DNA from: an uncultured Methanosarcinales archaeon
GTDB lineage: Archaea; Halobacteriota; Methanosarcinia; Methanotrichales; Methanotrichaceae
NCBI GenBank assembly: GCA_963843555.1
Contig: CAWJKV010000010.1
Location: 64,001 to 128,000 of the forward strand
Direction: 5' to 3'
DNA: 64,000 nt
Shown: positions 32,257 through 43,411 of the stretch, in pieces
How the letters are laid out: every line of letters starts with the position of its first letter
Numbering within the stretch: the first letter of the stretch is position 1
Made by a program: the position numbers and the translations under genes
Notes under the pieces: generated by a model
Database searches by the model: none
Told to the model about the DNA's origin: nothing
The model's input: the letters and a program-made list of their open reading frames with translations, nothing else

Positions 32257-32540
32257 CGATATGCTTGCCGCCGCAGGATTGCTACTTATTCTGGCGGAAG
32301 GTAAGTCCTTGCCGGAAATGGATGATACAGTGGCGATGACTGACTCCCTGAAAGCGGACCTGAACCACATGCTTCAGGAGCATAAAAAGATAGTTGCAGC
32401 CCCGGAAATTTGACGGAAGCTGCAAAGCGAGATAGGAAAAGATGAATTCGTGAACTTTGGACGAAAAATTGGCTCTGCATGCTCAGACCAAGGAAGAGGT
32501 TCTCTACCCTGCTTCGATCCTGGTAGGAAATACCTGAAAA
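32257..32540 (+). pseudogene. Hemerythrin-domain protein pseudogene fragment
   Basis: Across frames: LPP.GLLLILAEGK...MTDSLKADLNHMLQEHKKIVAA...KLALHAQT.EEVLYPASILVG. Confidence 0.65.
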
Positions 32541-32584
32541 AAAAAACAAAAATCAAGGATAAAAACAAGAGTAAAGGATGATTC

Positions 32585-33016
32585 ATGTCTACAGAAGAAA
32601 ACAAAGCCATTGTTCGTCGCTTCTTCATGGAAGGGCCTTCCATGGGAGACCTTGGAGCCGCCGATGACCTGCTGTCCCCGAACTTCACCCTGCACATCCC
32701 GTTGCCCTCCCAACCAGGCATCGCGGGCATGAACGATGTGATCACTGCCTGCCGGACGGCATTCGAGCATCTCAATGTCACTGTGGAGGATATGGTGGCG
32801 GAGGGCGATATGATCGCAGCCCGCTTTTCCGCCCGTGGCATGCATAAAGGCATCTTCATGGGAGTGCCTCCCACGGGCAAATCCATAATCATGACGGGAA
32901 TAGAGATATTTCGCATCGAAGAAGGCAAAATCGCTGAACTGTGGGGCGAGGCTAACCTATTGGGACTGATGTCGCAGCTAGGGATCCTGCCGCCCCAGGA
33001 GGAGGTACAGGGTTAG
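32585..33016 (+). CDS. SnoaL-like ester cyclase family protein
   Basis: MSTEENKAIVRRF, VEDMVAEGD, HKGIFMGVPPTGK, GKIAELW. Confidence 0.9.
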   Translation: MSTEENKAIVRRFFMEGPSMGDLGAADDLLSPNFTLHIPLPSQPGIAGMNDVITACRTAFEHLNVTVEDMVAEGDMIAARFSARGMHKGIFMGVPPTGKSIIMTGIEIFRIEEGKIAELWGEANLLGLMSQLGILPPQEEVQG

Positions 33017-33147
33017 AGACATCTCATTCCAATAGGCCTCAAATCCAATATGTCACACTTTGTAGGCCCGAACTATTTCAGGCCCTGGCTTCTGGCTGGA
33101 TTTGAGGATGGCTTTATAATCAGGCTCAGCACTATGCCAGGGCTATC

Positions 33148-34549
33148 ATGAATGACAAACGGATTGTGCTCGTCATCACCTGCATGGCTTCTTTTATTAC
33201 GCCGTTTTTGGCCTCGTCCGTGAATGTCGCCCTCCCCACCATAAACAATGATTTCACATGTCCCGGACCAGGCGCTCCTGGGATGGATAGTCACAGGTTT
33301 CCTGCTTTCGGCGGCGATTTTTGTCGTGCCTTTCGGCCGAATAGCAGATATTTATGGAAGAAAGAAGATTTTTGTGATGGGCCTATCGATCATTGCTGTA
33401 TCATCGCTCTTTTGCGGCATCTCCAATAGCGTGCAGATGCTTATCGGCTCGCGCGTGGTGGAAGGCCTGGGCAGTGCCATGATCTTCGGGACATCCATTG
33501 CCATTCTAACCTCAGTCTTCCCGGCACAGGAAAGGGGCAAGGTGCTGGGCATCAACGTGGCCATCGTATATTTGGGTCTCTCCATGGGGCCGCTCCTGGG
33601 GGGCATCATCACTGCATACGCAGGATGGAGGTTCATCTATGCCGGGATCACGATCTACGCTTTGCTGGCGGCGCTCCTGGCGCAGAGGATGATCAACTGC
33701 GAATGGCGTTGCGCTCAAGAGGGGCGGTTCGACATCTTCGGGACAATCCTTTATGCAGCAATGCTCTCTGCTCTCATGTACGGGCTGGCGCTGATCCCGG
33801 ATGTAAAGGGGGCCTATTTGCTGGGGCTTGCCCTGGCTATAATGGCCGTTTTCTTCCGGTGGGAGCTCAGAAATGAGAATCCCGTCCTGAAGATCAGCGT
33901 CTTTCGTAATAATACCGTATTCCTGTTCTCGAACCTGGCTGCCCTGATCAACTACAGTGCCACGGCCGCCCTTGCATTTCTGTTGAGCCTTTACCTGCAG
34001 TACATGAAGGGCTACGGCCCCGAAGTGACCGGTCTGATTCTGATCGCTCAACCAATAGTGCAGGCGGCCCTCTCCCCACTGGCAGGAAGGCTGTCGGACA
34101 GAGTGGAACCGAGGATCGTGGCCTCCGTTGGAATGGGCCTTTGCGTGGTCGGGCTCACCCTCTTTGCCTTTCTGACGCCGCAGACCCCCATTGAGACCAT
34201 CCTCATCAGCCTGGTCTTCATGGGCCTGGGATTTGCCTTCTTCTCGTCGCCCAACGTAAACGCCATCATGAGCTCTGTTGATAAGTGCGACTTTGGCGTT
34301 GCCTCCGGGATGGTGAGCACCATGCGGCTGATCGGACAGCTGATGAGCCTGGGCATTACCATGCTCATCTTCTCGGTGATCATGGGACATGTGGAGATTG
34401 CGCCCGGGCAGATGGACATGCTCATGGTCAGCATCAAGCTGTCTTTTGGGGTCTTTGCCGGCCTATGCGTTCTGGGCACGATCTTCTCTCTGGCCAGGGG
34501 AAACCTGGGAAGGGATGTGGAGATTGCGGCGGGGCAGCCTGGGAAATAA
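33148..34549 (+). CDS. MFS transporter, DHA2 (EmrB/QacA-like) (frameshift near 33255)
   Basis: SSVNVALPTI, GRIADIYGRKK, ERGKVLG, GPLLGG, GRLSDR; 14-TM pattern. Confidence 0.9.
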
Positions 34550-34586
34550 ACTCAGGAAAATTTTCCAAAGAGATTTCGAATACCCT

Positions 34587-34946
34587 TCACAGAACGCATT
34601 CGCTGCAGTCCTGGCAGCTGCACTCGATGTTTGTGATCTTCCACTTGAGTGCCCATCGCTTCATATCTTTGACGATATCGATGATCTCAAGGCCGCTTTC
34701 CGTCAGCGTATATTCGCTTTTCACAGGGAAGGAAGTGCTGTCCACTCTGTTCTCGACGAGCCCTTCCTTCTCCAGTTCCTTCAGCCGGGCCGAGAGAACC
34801 TTCTGAGTGATGCCGTCCAGGCAGCTCTTCAGCTCTGAAAAGCGCCTGGTGTGCCCGGCACCTTTATAGAGCTCGAGGAGTATGAGAAGGGTCCATTTTC
34901 TGGAGATATACTTCACAGTCAGGTTTACAGTGCATCCTTCCTGCAT
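34587..34946 (-). CDS. HxlR (DUF24) family winged-helix regulator
   Basis: N-terminal Cys (GCTV), KWTLLIL, RFSELK, ITQKVLSARLKELE, VKSEYTLTESG; C-terminal CxCxxCxxC; divergent from hcp. Confidence 0.92.
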   Translation of the reverse strand: MQEGCTVNLTVKYISRKWTLLILLELYKGAGHTRRFSELKSCLDGITQKVLSARLKELEKEGLVENRVDSTSFPVKSEYTLTESGLEIIDIVKDMKRWALKWKITNIECSCQDCSECVL

Positions 34947-34998
34947 GGTATACTTGTGGAAACTTTCTAGGCTATATACTTTAGTATCATAAGTATAC
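34947..34998. promoter_or_regulatory. Candidate HxlR operators and divergent promoters between hxlR and hcp
   Basis: GTATACTT (34948-34955) inverted with AAGTATAC (34991-34998); TATACTT-N9-AAGTATA at 34975-34997. Confidence 0.5.
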
Positions 34999-35037
34999 TG
35001 TGAAGTAGAGTGTACTATGAAGTTGAGGTAATTAAAA

Positions 35038-36348
35038 ATGGCAGCTATTGAGAAACCCGATATGTTCTGCTACCAGTGCTCCCAGACCGCCGGGGGCACA
35101 GGCTGCACAATTAAAGGAGTCTGTGGGAAGGAAGCGATTGTGGCACGTCTGCAGGATAACCTGCTCTTCGCCATCAAAGGCATCAGCGCTTATCTTTACC
35201 ATGCGCGTGAGCTCGGCTATACCGATCCCGAGATAGATGCCTTCATCGAGAGAGGGTTCTTCTCCACATTGACAAATGTCAACTTCGATCCGCAAGAGTT
35301 CCTGCGACTGGCCGTTAGGGCTGGCGAGATGAACATCAAGACCATGCAGCTTCTCAAGAAAGCCCACATAGAGACCTTCGGCGAGCCGACACCGACTAAG
35401 GTGAAGACGGGAACCGTCCGGGGTCACGGCATCCTCGTCACGGGCCACGATATGCATGCTCTCCACGAGCTGCTCCGCCAGGTAGAGGGCACGGACGTCT
35501 TTGTCTACACCCACTCCGAGATGCTGCCTGCTCACGGCTATCCGGGTCTACGCAAGTACAAGAACCTGGCCGGCAACCTGGGTAAGGCCTGGTTCGACCA
35601 GCGCCAGCTCTTTGCCAAATATCCCATGGCCATCCTGGGTACATCCAACTGTTTCCTCATCCCCAGGGAAGAGTACAGGGATCGCATGTTTGCTGCGGGG
35701 CCCGTTTACCTGCCGGGAGTAAAGCATATCGATGGCTACGACTACTCGGAGGTAATCGCTAAGGCCCGAACGCTTCCGGAGTTGCCGGACGCGCCCGGAG
35801 AGTACGAGCTTACCACTGGCTTTTCCACCGCTGTCTTGCTGGGCCATGCTGCCAAGATCAAGCAGCTCGTCCAGGAGGGAAAGATCAAGCGGTTCTTCCT
35901 GGTGGGCGGATGTGATGCGCCCCTGAAGAAGTCTGACTACTATCGCGAATTCGTGCAAAAGCTTCCCAAGGATGCTGTCGTCCTCACACTGGCCTGCGGA
36001 AAATACCGCTTCAATGACCTGGATCTGGGCGATATCGAAGGCATTCCCCGTTTGATCGACCTGGGACAGTGCAACGATGCTATTGTGGCCCTGGAAGTGG
36101 CTCAAGCACTGGCTGGACTCTTCGGTGTGGGAGTGAACGACCTGCCCCTGACACTGGTGGTCAGCTGGATGGAGCAGAAGGCGGTGGCCATCCTCTGGTC
36201 TCTCCTGGCTCTGGGGATCAAGGGCATTTACCTGGGCCCTATTGTGCCCGGTTGGATCAATGAGGATATGCTGAAGATCCTGGTGGAGCAGTACGACATC
36301 CGGCTGATCAGCACACCGGATGAAGATATCAAGAAGATGATGGGTTAG
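35038..36348 (+). CDS. hcp: Hybrid-cluster protein (hydroxylamine reductase)
   Basis: [10 protein letters not shown]...[40 protein letters not shown]. Confidence 0.96.
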   Translation: MAAIEKPDMFCYQCSQTAGGTGCTIKGVCGKEAIVARLQDNLLFAIKGISAYLYHARELGYTDPEIDAFIERGFFSTLTNVNFDPQEFLRLAVRAGEMNIKTMQLLKKAHIETFGEPTPTKVKTGTVRGHGILVTGHDMHALHELLRQVEGTDVFVYTHSEMLPAHGYPGLRKYKNLAGNLGKAWFDQRQLFAKYPMAILGTSNCFLIPREEYRDRMFAAGPVYLPGVKHIDGYDYSEVIAKARTLPELPDAPGEYELTTGFSTAVLLGHAAKIKQLVQEGKIKRFFLVGGCDAPLKKSDYYREFVQKLPKDAVVLTLACGKYRFNDLDLGDIEGIPRLIDLGQCNDAIVALEVAQALAGLFGVGVNDLPLTLVVSWMEQKAVAILWSLLALGIKGIYLGPIVPGWINEDMLKILVEQYDIRLISTPDEDIKKMMG

Positions 36349-36509
36349 AAGTACTGGTATAAAATTTTATTTTTCTTATCATAGACATTAAATATTCCCC
36401 GTCATTTTTTTATCTGCAACAAGAAATTAATACTGAAAATAGTATATACATATTGATTACGTTATCTTTATATAACTTGCTGGCAATCCATTTTTGAGGT
36501 TAGTGTGAG

Positions 36510-37292
36510 ATGGAGGGGTACCTGATATGGTTGGTCTTTCTAGCGCTGGCAGTATTTTCCGTCAGCATTATCCATCTTCAGGCGGGCCGTAATAATAAAC
36601 TGCAAAGAGATTGCCGGCAGATACAGATGGATTTGCATAGACTGCAAGATCAGCTCAGGGAGCGTGAGACGAGGCTCGATCACCTCCAACGTGGTTACAG
36701 CCAGTTGCTGAAGTTGAAAACCCGCGCCTCTGATCTGGAAAACGAACTGAAGAGGACGAAGCATACTGCGAAGTTTGAATCGGCAGAGAGGCTGCAATAC
36801 CTGGAGGATTATATCGCCCAGAGGCCTAATCAGGCAGCTCTATTCCTGGGCACCTTTCCGCCTCGAGGCCTTCACTCAATCGAGAGCCAAATATCCCGAA
36901 TGCTGGAGACGGCAAGGTTCGAGGTGGTGGTGGTATCCCCCTGGATAAAAAGGCAGATGTGGGATCGAATTGCAGTGCCACTGCACAGGTTCTCTCGCCA
37001 GGGTGGAAGGCTTGTGGTATTCATGCGCGGCTGCGAGTCCGACTACAGCTCAGGATTAAGCGACAACATCCAGAGTGCGGTAAAAAACCTGGGCGGCGAG
37101 GTGCTGTTCGTACATTCACTTCATGCCAAGATCTACATGATAGATAGGCGTGAAGCGATAGTGACCTCAGCCAACCTCTCCAAAGGAGGAATCAATGACA
37201 ATTATGAGGCAGGCATCTGGTTGAATGATCCCCATGTTCTCAAGGATATCTGCGCCTACATTGACGATCTGCGCCAATGCCGCCAACCTTGA
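36510..37292 (+). CDS. Phospholipase D/Nuc-like protein with N-terminal TM anchor and coiled coil
   Basis: Single HKD motif LHAKIYMIDRREAIVTSANLS, VSPWI, NYEAG; TM helix at residues 4-24; heptad-rich linker. Confidence 0.85.
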   Translation: MEGYLIWLVFLALAVFSVSIIHLQAGRNNKLQRDCRQIQMDLHRLQDQLRERETRLDHLQRGYSQLLKLKTRASDLENELKRTKHTAKFESAERLQYLEDYIAQRPNQAALFLGTFPPRGLHSIESQISRMLETARFEVVVVSPWIKRQMWDRIAVPLHRFSRQGGRLVVFMRGCESDYSSGLSDNIQSAVKNLGGEVLFVHSLHAKIYMIDRREAIVTSANLSKGGINDNYEAGIWLNDPHVLKDICAYIDDLRQCRQP

Positions 37293-37981
37293 AAAATGAC
37301 GGCATCGATCTGGCCCCCAGGCGTTACGGGAAAACCATTTTAAGCTCGACAAAGGATCAAAATCGTGCCCGAATAGGCAATGCAGGAGTTAAAAGCATAT
37401 CCCTACAATTTCGATCTCGGGAGGTCTATACTCCTGAAGAAGATACCTTTCTCCTCCTCAAAGCCGCCCTGGCCGAGGCGAGGCCCGAGGATCGGGCGCT
37501 CGAGGTCGGCTGCGGCAGCGGCTTTATCTCTCTAGAATTAGCTTCGGGGGTTACAAGCCTCCTGGCGACAGACATAAACCCACATGCAGTCCTGGCAACA
37601 AAAGCAAAAGCAACAAATGCAAAGGGAATCGAGGTCATAAGGGCGGACATGTTCCAGGGGATTGGAGGGAAATTCGATCTGATACTCTTCAATCCTCCTT
37701 ACCTTCCCACTGCCCAGGAAGAGAGGAGCGATCAATGGATTAACTACGCCCTGGATGGGGGAGAAAGCGGCAGGGAGACCATCGATCGATTTCTGAAATG
37801 CTTGCCAGATCATCTTTATCCTGGTGGAAGAGCTCTTCTCCTCATATCCAGCCTGACAGGATTAAAGGATGTGCAAGAGATGGCTGTGGCCACGGGTCTA
37901 ACAGCGAATACGGTGGCAAATGCTGGATGCTTTTTTGAGCAGCTTTATGTACTCAGGTTAGAGGTCGCGCATAAACATTAA
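37277..37981 (+). CDS. HemK2/Mtq2-type N5-glutamine methyltransferase (start uncertain)
   Basis: VYTPEEDTFLL, LEVGCGSG, FNPPY, ALDGG. Confidence 0.9.
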   Translation: MPPTLKNDGIDLAPRRYGKTILSSTKDQNRARIGNAGVKSISLQFRSREVYTPEEDTFLLLKAALAEARPEDRALEVGCGSGFISLELASGVTSLLATDINPHAVLATKAKATNAKGIEVIRADMFQGIGGKFDLILFNPPYLPTAQEERSDQWINYALDGGESGRETIDRFLKCLPDHLYPGGRALLLISSLTGLKDVQEMAVATGLTANTVANAGCFFEQLYVLRLEVAHKH

Positions 37982-38036
37982 GGCCTGGGATGTATATGAC
38001 TATGGAATGGAGAGGACATCGACAATTTCCTTTCTA

Positions 38037-38972
38037 TTAGACGGCAACCTCATCCACCAGCATAGAGTCCACCAGTAAAGAGACAAGATTTTCCAGTACT
38101 TCATTGACACCCTGACCCGTTTCGGTGGACATCTCAGTCACTTCTCCATATCTCAGTATGTCTGCCTTATTAGCCACAACCAGCATGGGCAGATGGATCC
38201 AGTTCTTCAGATCTTCTGCAAGACGGAGCTGCGAATCAAGCGGATAACCGCAATGCTCGCTGGGGTCGAGTATGTAAAGCACAACGCCCTGCAGGTGGCT
38301 CAGGGCAGCCACGGTCTGCCGCTCAATCTCATTACGCTCAGACATAGGCCGGTCAAGCAGTCCCGGTGTGTCTACAACCTGGTACTTCTGGTGGCCCCGA
38401 TAAAAGTGGCCCACAAAGATTCCCCGCGTGGTGAATGGATAGCTGGCTATCTCGGGTCTGGCTCCAGTGACACGGATAATGAAGCTTGACTTGCCCACAT
38501 TGGGGTAGCCGGCTATGAGAATGGTTGGCACTTCAGGATCAATTGTGGGCATCTTGCGAAGCCTATTTCGTGCTTCATTAAGGAATAGCAGATCCTTCTC
38601 AATGGATCTCATGACAGAAGAATAGCGCCCGAATGCTGACTTTCTGTCCGGAGTGCTATCCATACCTCGAGCCCGTTTAATCTTGACCACATACTCTCGC
38701 GTGATCAGTCTTATCTGTCTCGCAGCCCAGCGCATACGTGAAAGGCTGATTCGCATACGATCCACGCCCGCGACTATATCCGCCATCTCTCTGTAAAAGG
38801 GCGGAAGATTCTCAAAGGATGGAAATTTCCGGACCAAGTTGGTGAGATTGTCGGAGAGTATATTGCCGGCGTTTTGAACCATGGACTCATTGTCAGTGGC
38901 GCGGGAGGCGCGCCTGAAGGACTTATCAAGAAGTTCCTGCGATGTGGGAACGGTTGGAAGCTGCTCGAACAT
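38037..38972 (-). CDS. NOG1 family GTP-binding protein
   Basis: MFEQLPTV, GYPNVGKSS, YPFTT, DTPGLLDRP, NKAD. Confidence 0.93.
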   Translation of the reverse strand: MFEQLPTVPTSQELLDKSFRRASRATDNESMVQNAGNILSDNLTNLVRKFPSFENLPPFYREMADIVAGVDRMRISLSRMRWAARQIRLITREYVVKIKRARGMDSTPDRKSAFGRYSSVMRSIEKDLLFLNEARNRLRKMPTIDPEVPTILIAGYPNVGKSSFIIRVTGARPEIASYPFTTRGIFVGHFYRGHQKYQVVDTPGLLDRPMSERNEIERQTVAALSHLQGVVLYILDPSEHCGYPLDSQLRLAEDLKNWIHLPMLVVANKADILRYGEVTEMSTETGQGVNEVLENLVSLLVDSMLVDEVAV

Positions 38973-39094
38973 TAGATAACGGTTATCGGCATTAGCAGAT
39001 AAACCTTTAGGCCTCGCCCGGAAGTCTTCATTTAATAAATGGTTTTCGGAAGGCTTAAATACTACTTCCATATCTATATAGATGAGGTGGCCTC

Positions 39095-39379
39095 TTGAAA
39101 AGATTAGGCACCGCGCTTCATGTGGTACAGAACAAATTAATTGTCCAAAGCGAGCAAATTGTTGGAAGCGAGACCAATATCCCCAGAACGAATTCCTGGG
39201 TTGTGGACCAGAAGAGGACCAAGGTCGGAAAGGTTTTCGATATATTCGGCCCCATTGATCATCCATACATCATCGTTCGACCAAATAGAGGAATAGATGC
39301 CGCTGCCCACGTCGGAAAGAAGCTCTATATCGACGAGGCGTCGGGGAGAGATAGCAAGTGGAAGAGATTGAGAAGCTGA
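39095..39379 (+). CDS. gar1: H/ACA RNP protein Gar1/Naf1
   Basis: [23 protein letters not shown]; conserved position upstream of tfb. Confidence 0.88.
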   Translation: MKRLGTALHVVQNKLIVQSEQIVGSETNIPRTNSWVVDQKRTKVGKVFDIFGPIDHPYIIVRPNRGIDAAAHVGKKLYIDEASGRDSKWKRLRS

Positions 39380-40371
39380 GAGAGATAGAGAGGGCAGAGC
39401 CGGAGAAGCTTAAAGAGAGGACCCGGCTCAAGCGCGAGAAAGAGAAGGTAGACGAGTTCGAGAAGTTCACAGTTGAGTGCCCTGAGTGCAAGAGCCACAC
39501 CCTGGTGCGAGACTACGAACGTGCGGAACTGGTTTGCTCCGATTGCGGCCTTGTTATCGACGAGAATTTCATTGACCAGGGGCCGGAATGGAGAGCCTTC
39601 GACCACGATCAGCGTATGAAGAGGTCGAGGGTTGGAGCGCCCATGACGTACACCATCCACGACAAGGGCCTTTCCACCATGATCGACTGGAGGAACAGGG
39701 ACTCTTATGGCAAGACTATCTCCTCCAAAAACAGAGCTCAGCTCTATCGTTTGAGAAAATGGCAGAGGCGTATCCGGGTCAGCAATGCCACGGAACGAAA
39801 CCTGGCCTTCGCATTATCAGAATTGGACAGGATGGCATCGGCCCTTGGCCTCTCTCGAAATGTGCGGGAGACCGCCGCTGTGGTCTACCGTAAAGCTGTG
39901 GACAAGAATCTCATTCGCGGGCGGAGCATTGAAGGCGTCGCAGCTGCAGCGCTCTATGCAGCCTGCCGCCAGTGCAATGTGCCCCGTACTCTGGACGAGA
40001 TCGCTGAGGTCTCCAGGGTCTCCAGAAAGGAGATCGGCAGAACCTATAGATTCGTGTCCCGGGAACTGGCACTGAAACTCATGCCCACCAGCCCCATCGA
40101 CTATATCCCTCGCTTTTGCTCCGGCCTTAATCTGAAGGGCGAGGTGCAGGCCAAGGGAATTGAGATCCTCCGCCAGGCGGCAGAGAAGGAGCTCACCAGC
40201 GGGCGCGGTCCCACGGGCGTGGCTGCAGCCGCGATCTATATCGCCTCCATCCTTTGCGGAGACCGGCGGACTCAGCGCGAGGTGGCTGATGTGGCAGGAG
40301 TAACGGAAGTCACAATCAGAAACCGCTACAAAGAACTGGCAGAAGAGCTGGATATTGAGATAATCCTGTGA
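39358..40371 (+). CDS. tfb: Transcription initiation factor IIB
   Basis: Zn ribbon CPEC...CSDCG, GPEWRAF, two cyclin repeats, [16 protein letters not shown]. Confidence 0.97.
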   Translation: MEEIEKLREIERAEPEKLKERTRLKREKEKVDEFEKFTVECPECKSHTLVRDYERAELVCSDCGLVIDENFIDQGPEWRAFDHDQRMKRSRVGAPMTYTIHDKGLSTMIDWRNRDSYGKTISSKNRAQLYRLRKWQRRIRVSNATERNLAFALSELDRMASALGLSRNVRETAAVVYRKAVDKNLIRGRSIEGVAAAALYAACRQCNVPRTLDEIAEVSRVSRKEIGRTYRFVSRELALKLMPTSPIDYIPRFCSGLNLKGEVQAKGIEILRQAAEKELTSGRGPTGVAAAAIYIASILCGDRRTQREVADVAGVTEVTIRNRYKELAEELDIEIIL

Positions 40372-40457
40372 AGGGGTTATCTCCCGGCATTTCTTTTCTG
40401 TGATAGCCTGTCTTCAGTTGTCAATGTCTATAAAGCATAGGCGGCAAAGCATAGATT

Positions 40458-41213
40458 ATGGAAAATGGGCAGACGGATCGTTTCTGGGAGGTGGACTTCC
40501 TGCGAGGAATAGCCATCATCCTGATGGTTCTTTTCCATCTGGCCTTTGACCTCAATTATTTTGGAGTCTACGAGGTTGAATTGGCCTCAGGATTCTGGTT
40601 CTATCTGGCTCGCTTCACTGCCTTGCTCTTCCTCCTGCTGGTTGGGGTCTCCCTCACCCTCAGCCACTCCCGGGCCGTGATCGTGGGCCGAGAAGACAGA
40701 TTTCGCGTCCATCTTTTCAAGAGGAGCCTCTGGATATTGGGCCTGGCAATGGGTGTAACATTGGTCACCTATCTCTTCATCGGAGAAGGCTTCATCGTCT
40801 TCGGAGTGCTGCATCTCATCGGCATTTCTCTCCTGCTGGCCTATCCCTTCCTCCGGCTACATGGAGCGAACTTCATTTTTGGATTATTATTTATACTATT
40901 GGGGTTATACCTGCAGAGCCTCAGCGTCGACTTCCCCTGGCTGCTCTGGCTGGGTTTGGCGCCCTGGAACTTCAGCACAGTAGACTACTTTCCCCTCTTT
41001 CCCTGGTTCGGGGTGATCCTGATGGGTGTGGCCTTCGGCGACTTCTTCTATCGAGACTACCGCCGTAGGATTCGTCTGCCGGATCTTGCAGGGACGCCTC
41101 TGGTGAAGCGGTTAGCGTTCCTGGGCCGAAATTCGCTGGCCATCTATCTCGCCCATCAACCGGTGCTAATTGGTCTAATGTATCTGGTCGGTGTCTCGCT
41201 GCCTGGAATCTGA
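40458..41213 (+). CDS. DUF1624 / HGSNAT-like membrane acyltransferase
   Basis: RFWEVDFLRGIAIILMVLFH, FGVLH, DYFPLFPW, GRNSLAIYLAHQP. Confidence 0.88.
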   Translation: MENGQTDRFWEVDFLRGIAIILMVLFHLAFDLNYFGVYEVELASGFWFYLARFTALLFLLLVGVSLTLSHSRAVIVGREDRFRVHLFKRSLWILGLAMGVTLVTYLFIGEGFIVFGVLHLIGISLLLAYPFLRLHGANFIFGLLFILLGLYLQSLSVDFPWLLWLGLAPWNFSTVDYFPLFPWFGVILMGVAFGDFFYRDYRRRIRLPDLAGTPLVKRLAFLGRNSLAIYLAHQPVLIGLMYLVGVSLPGI

Positions 41214-41322
41214 TGGCAGCAAGCCTGGCTCATAATTGAGACCATCCTCTTATCTCTCGTCCTGAGGCTCGCTCTCGAAAGGATCAAATGCTTGTACATC
41301 TTTAAGCGTCGGAGAAGAAGGA

Positions 41323-42906
41323 ATGCTCATGAAGGTTCTTGTCAGTGATTCTTTAGCAGAAGAAGGAGTAAAGAGGCTGGAGTCGGGAGCCGACGTTGAT
41401 GTTATCACCAACCTCTCTCCTGAAGAGCTCATCCAGAAGATTGGAGAATACGATGCCCTGGTCATCCGCAGCGGGACGAAGGTAACGGCTGACGTCATCA
41501 AAGCCGCAGACCGGCTCAAAGTCATCGGCAGAGCTGGTGTAGGCATCGACAACGTGGATGTGGAGGCCGCCACCAAGAAAGGCATCATCGTGCTGAATAC
41601 GCCCGGCGGAAACACCATCTCCGCCGCCGAGCACACCATCGCCATGATGCTGGCCCTGGCCAGGAACATCCCTCAGGCCAATGCTGCGCTGCATAAGGGC
41701 GAATGGAACCGCAAGAAGTACACAGGTGTCGAGTTCTTCAACAAGACCCTGGGCATCGTGGGCCTGGGCCGGGTGGGAGCCGAGGTGGCCTCCCGCATGA
41801 AGTCCTTCGGCATGCAGATCGTAGCATACGACCCCTTTGTTACCGAAGAGCGGGCCCAGCAGATGGGCCTGACTCTCGCGCCGCTGGAGACTGTGCTGCG
41901 AGAAGGCGACTTCATCACTGTGCATACGCCCCTGACCAATGAGACCCGCAACTTGATCGATGAAGATGAGTTCAATATCATGAAGCCGGGCTGCCGCATT
42001 GTGAACTGCGCCCGCGGCGGAATAATAAACGAAGCTGCTCTGGCCAAAGCCGTAGCGGAAGGAAAGATTGCCGGAGCTGCGGTGGACGTCTTCACCAAAG
42101 AGCCTCCCACCGGAAATCCCTTGCTGGAGCAGGAGAAGGTAATAACCACACCACACCTGGGCGCCTCCACAGCCGAAGCGCAGGTCAACGTGGCTCTGGC
42201 TGTGGCCGACCAGATCCTCACTATCGCCAAAGGCGGCCTGCCCACCAATGCCATCAACATGCCTGCCATATCGCCTGAAACCCTGGCGGTCATGGAGCCT
42301 TTCATGGTATTGGCGGAAAAGATGGGCGCTCTTCTGGGCCAGCTAGTAGGCACCGGTTTCGAGGGCATGGAACTCATTTACAGCGGATCTGTGGCTGAGA
42401 AGGATATCCGGCCTGTGACCATATCTGCCATCAAAGGCCTCCTTGGTTGCCTGATGGGAGAGGGCAGCGTGAACTTCGTCAATGCCCAGAGGACGCTCAA
42501 GGAGATGGGCGTCAAGCTCCTGGAGAGCAAGACAGAGTCAGCTAATGGCTACAGCAATGCCATCACCATGAAGCTGACCAAGAACGGTGCGACGACTGTG
42601 CTGCAGGGCACTGTCTCCGGAAATAAGAAGAAGCAGATTGTGCAGCTCAACGATTACAAAACCTACATTCCCACCGAAGGGGACATGGTGATTGCCATCA
42701 TCGAGGACAAGCCCAATATCATCGGCCCGTGCTGCGTCGTCCTGGGTGAGGGCGAGATCAACATCGGCTCAATGCACGTTGGCCGCATAGATGAAGGTAT
42801 GCCGCAGCTCATGGTGCTGAGCGTGGACCACATGGTATCGGATGATATCATGAAGAAGCTTCTGGAAGTTCCGGGAGTGACGAGCGCCAAGATGGTAGAG
42901 CTTTAA
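41323..42906 (+). CDS. serA: D-3-phosphoglycerate dehydrogenase
   Basis: GRAGVGIDNVD, GLGRVG, NCARGG, TPHLGAST, C-terminal ACT domain. Confidence 0.97.
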   Translation: MLMKVLVSDSLAEEGVKRLESGADVDVITNLSPEELIQKIGEYDALVIRSGTKVTADVIKAADRLKVIGRAGVGIDNVDVEAATKKGIIVLNTPGGNTISAAEHTIAMMLALARNIPQANAALHKGEWNRKKYTGVEFFNKTLGIVGLGRVGAEVASRMKSFGMQIVAYDPFVTEERAQQMGLTLAPLETVLREGDFITVHTPLTNETRNLIDEDEFNIMKPGCRIVNCARGGIINEAALAKAVAEGKIAGAAVDVFTKEPPTGNPLLEQEKVITTPHLGASTAEAQVNVALAVADQILTIAKGGLPTNAINMPAISPETLAVMEPFMVLAEKMGALLGQLVGTGFEGMELIYSGSVAEKDIRPVTISAIKGLLGCLMGEGSVNFVNAQRTLKEMGVKLLESKTESANGYSNAITMKLTKNGATTVLQGTVSGNKKKQIVQLNDYKTYIPTEGDMVIAIIEDKPNIIGPCCVVLGEGEINIGSMHVGRIDEGMPQLMVLSVDHMVSDDIMKKLLEVPGVTSAKMVEL

Positions 42907-43411
42907 AGCCCTATTATATAATTGGATCATCGAATCAGATTTGTTGGCAAGGGCAGGCGAGTTCCTGTCCGCCACTTTTTTATGGCCTTTGCCTTGAAGA
43001 TGCTCAAAATAGAATCCAGCACCAAGTTTCGGAAAAAGTGGTCAATCCGGACGATGATCTTGTCAAGGCTCGTTCCTTGCATATTGATTTATGAAATGGC
43101 ACAGAGTTTTGGCCTTGTTTTTATTTAAAAAAGTTTTATAATCAGGTGGAAAGGTACTTATAATAGAAAATCTTATATCTATAGGTACCTAAATTTAGGG
43201 GGTTCATTGATTATCATAGGCTATTGACACGTAATTTTGGTGCCACGCTATTAAAATAATAGCTATAAGATCGAATATCATTCAACTTATAGTTATCGTA
43301 TTCAATCAATGTGGTAATATATCGAGGATTTTGGTTAGCGACCGAAACAGTGCTTGAAGAAGGAAATAGCGATCGATTGATTCATATGATGATTATCGGC
43401 CTGAACAATGG

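Noticed and set aside
43130..43411. Small RiPP precursor upstream of the SPASM gene
   Set aside because: Only very short, Cys-poor ORFs were found.
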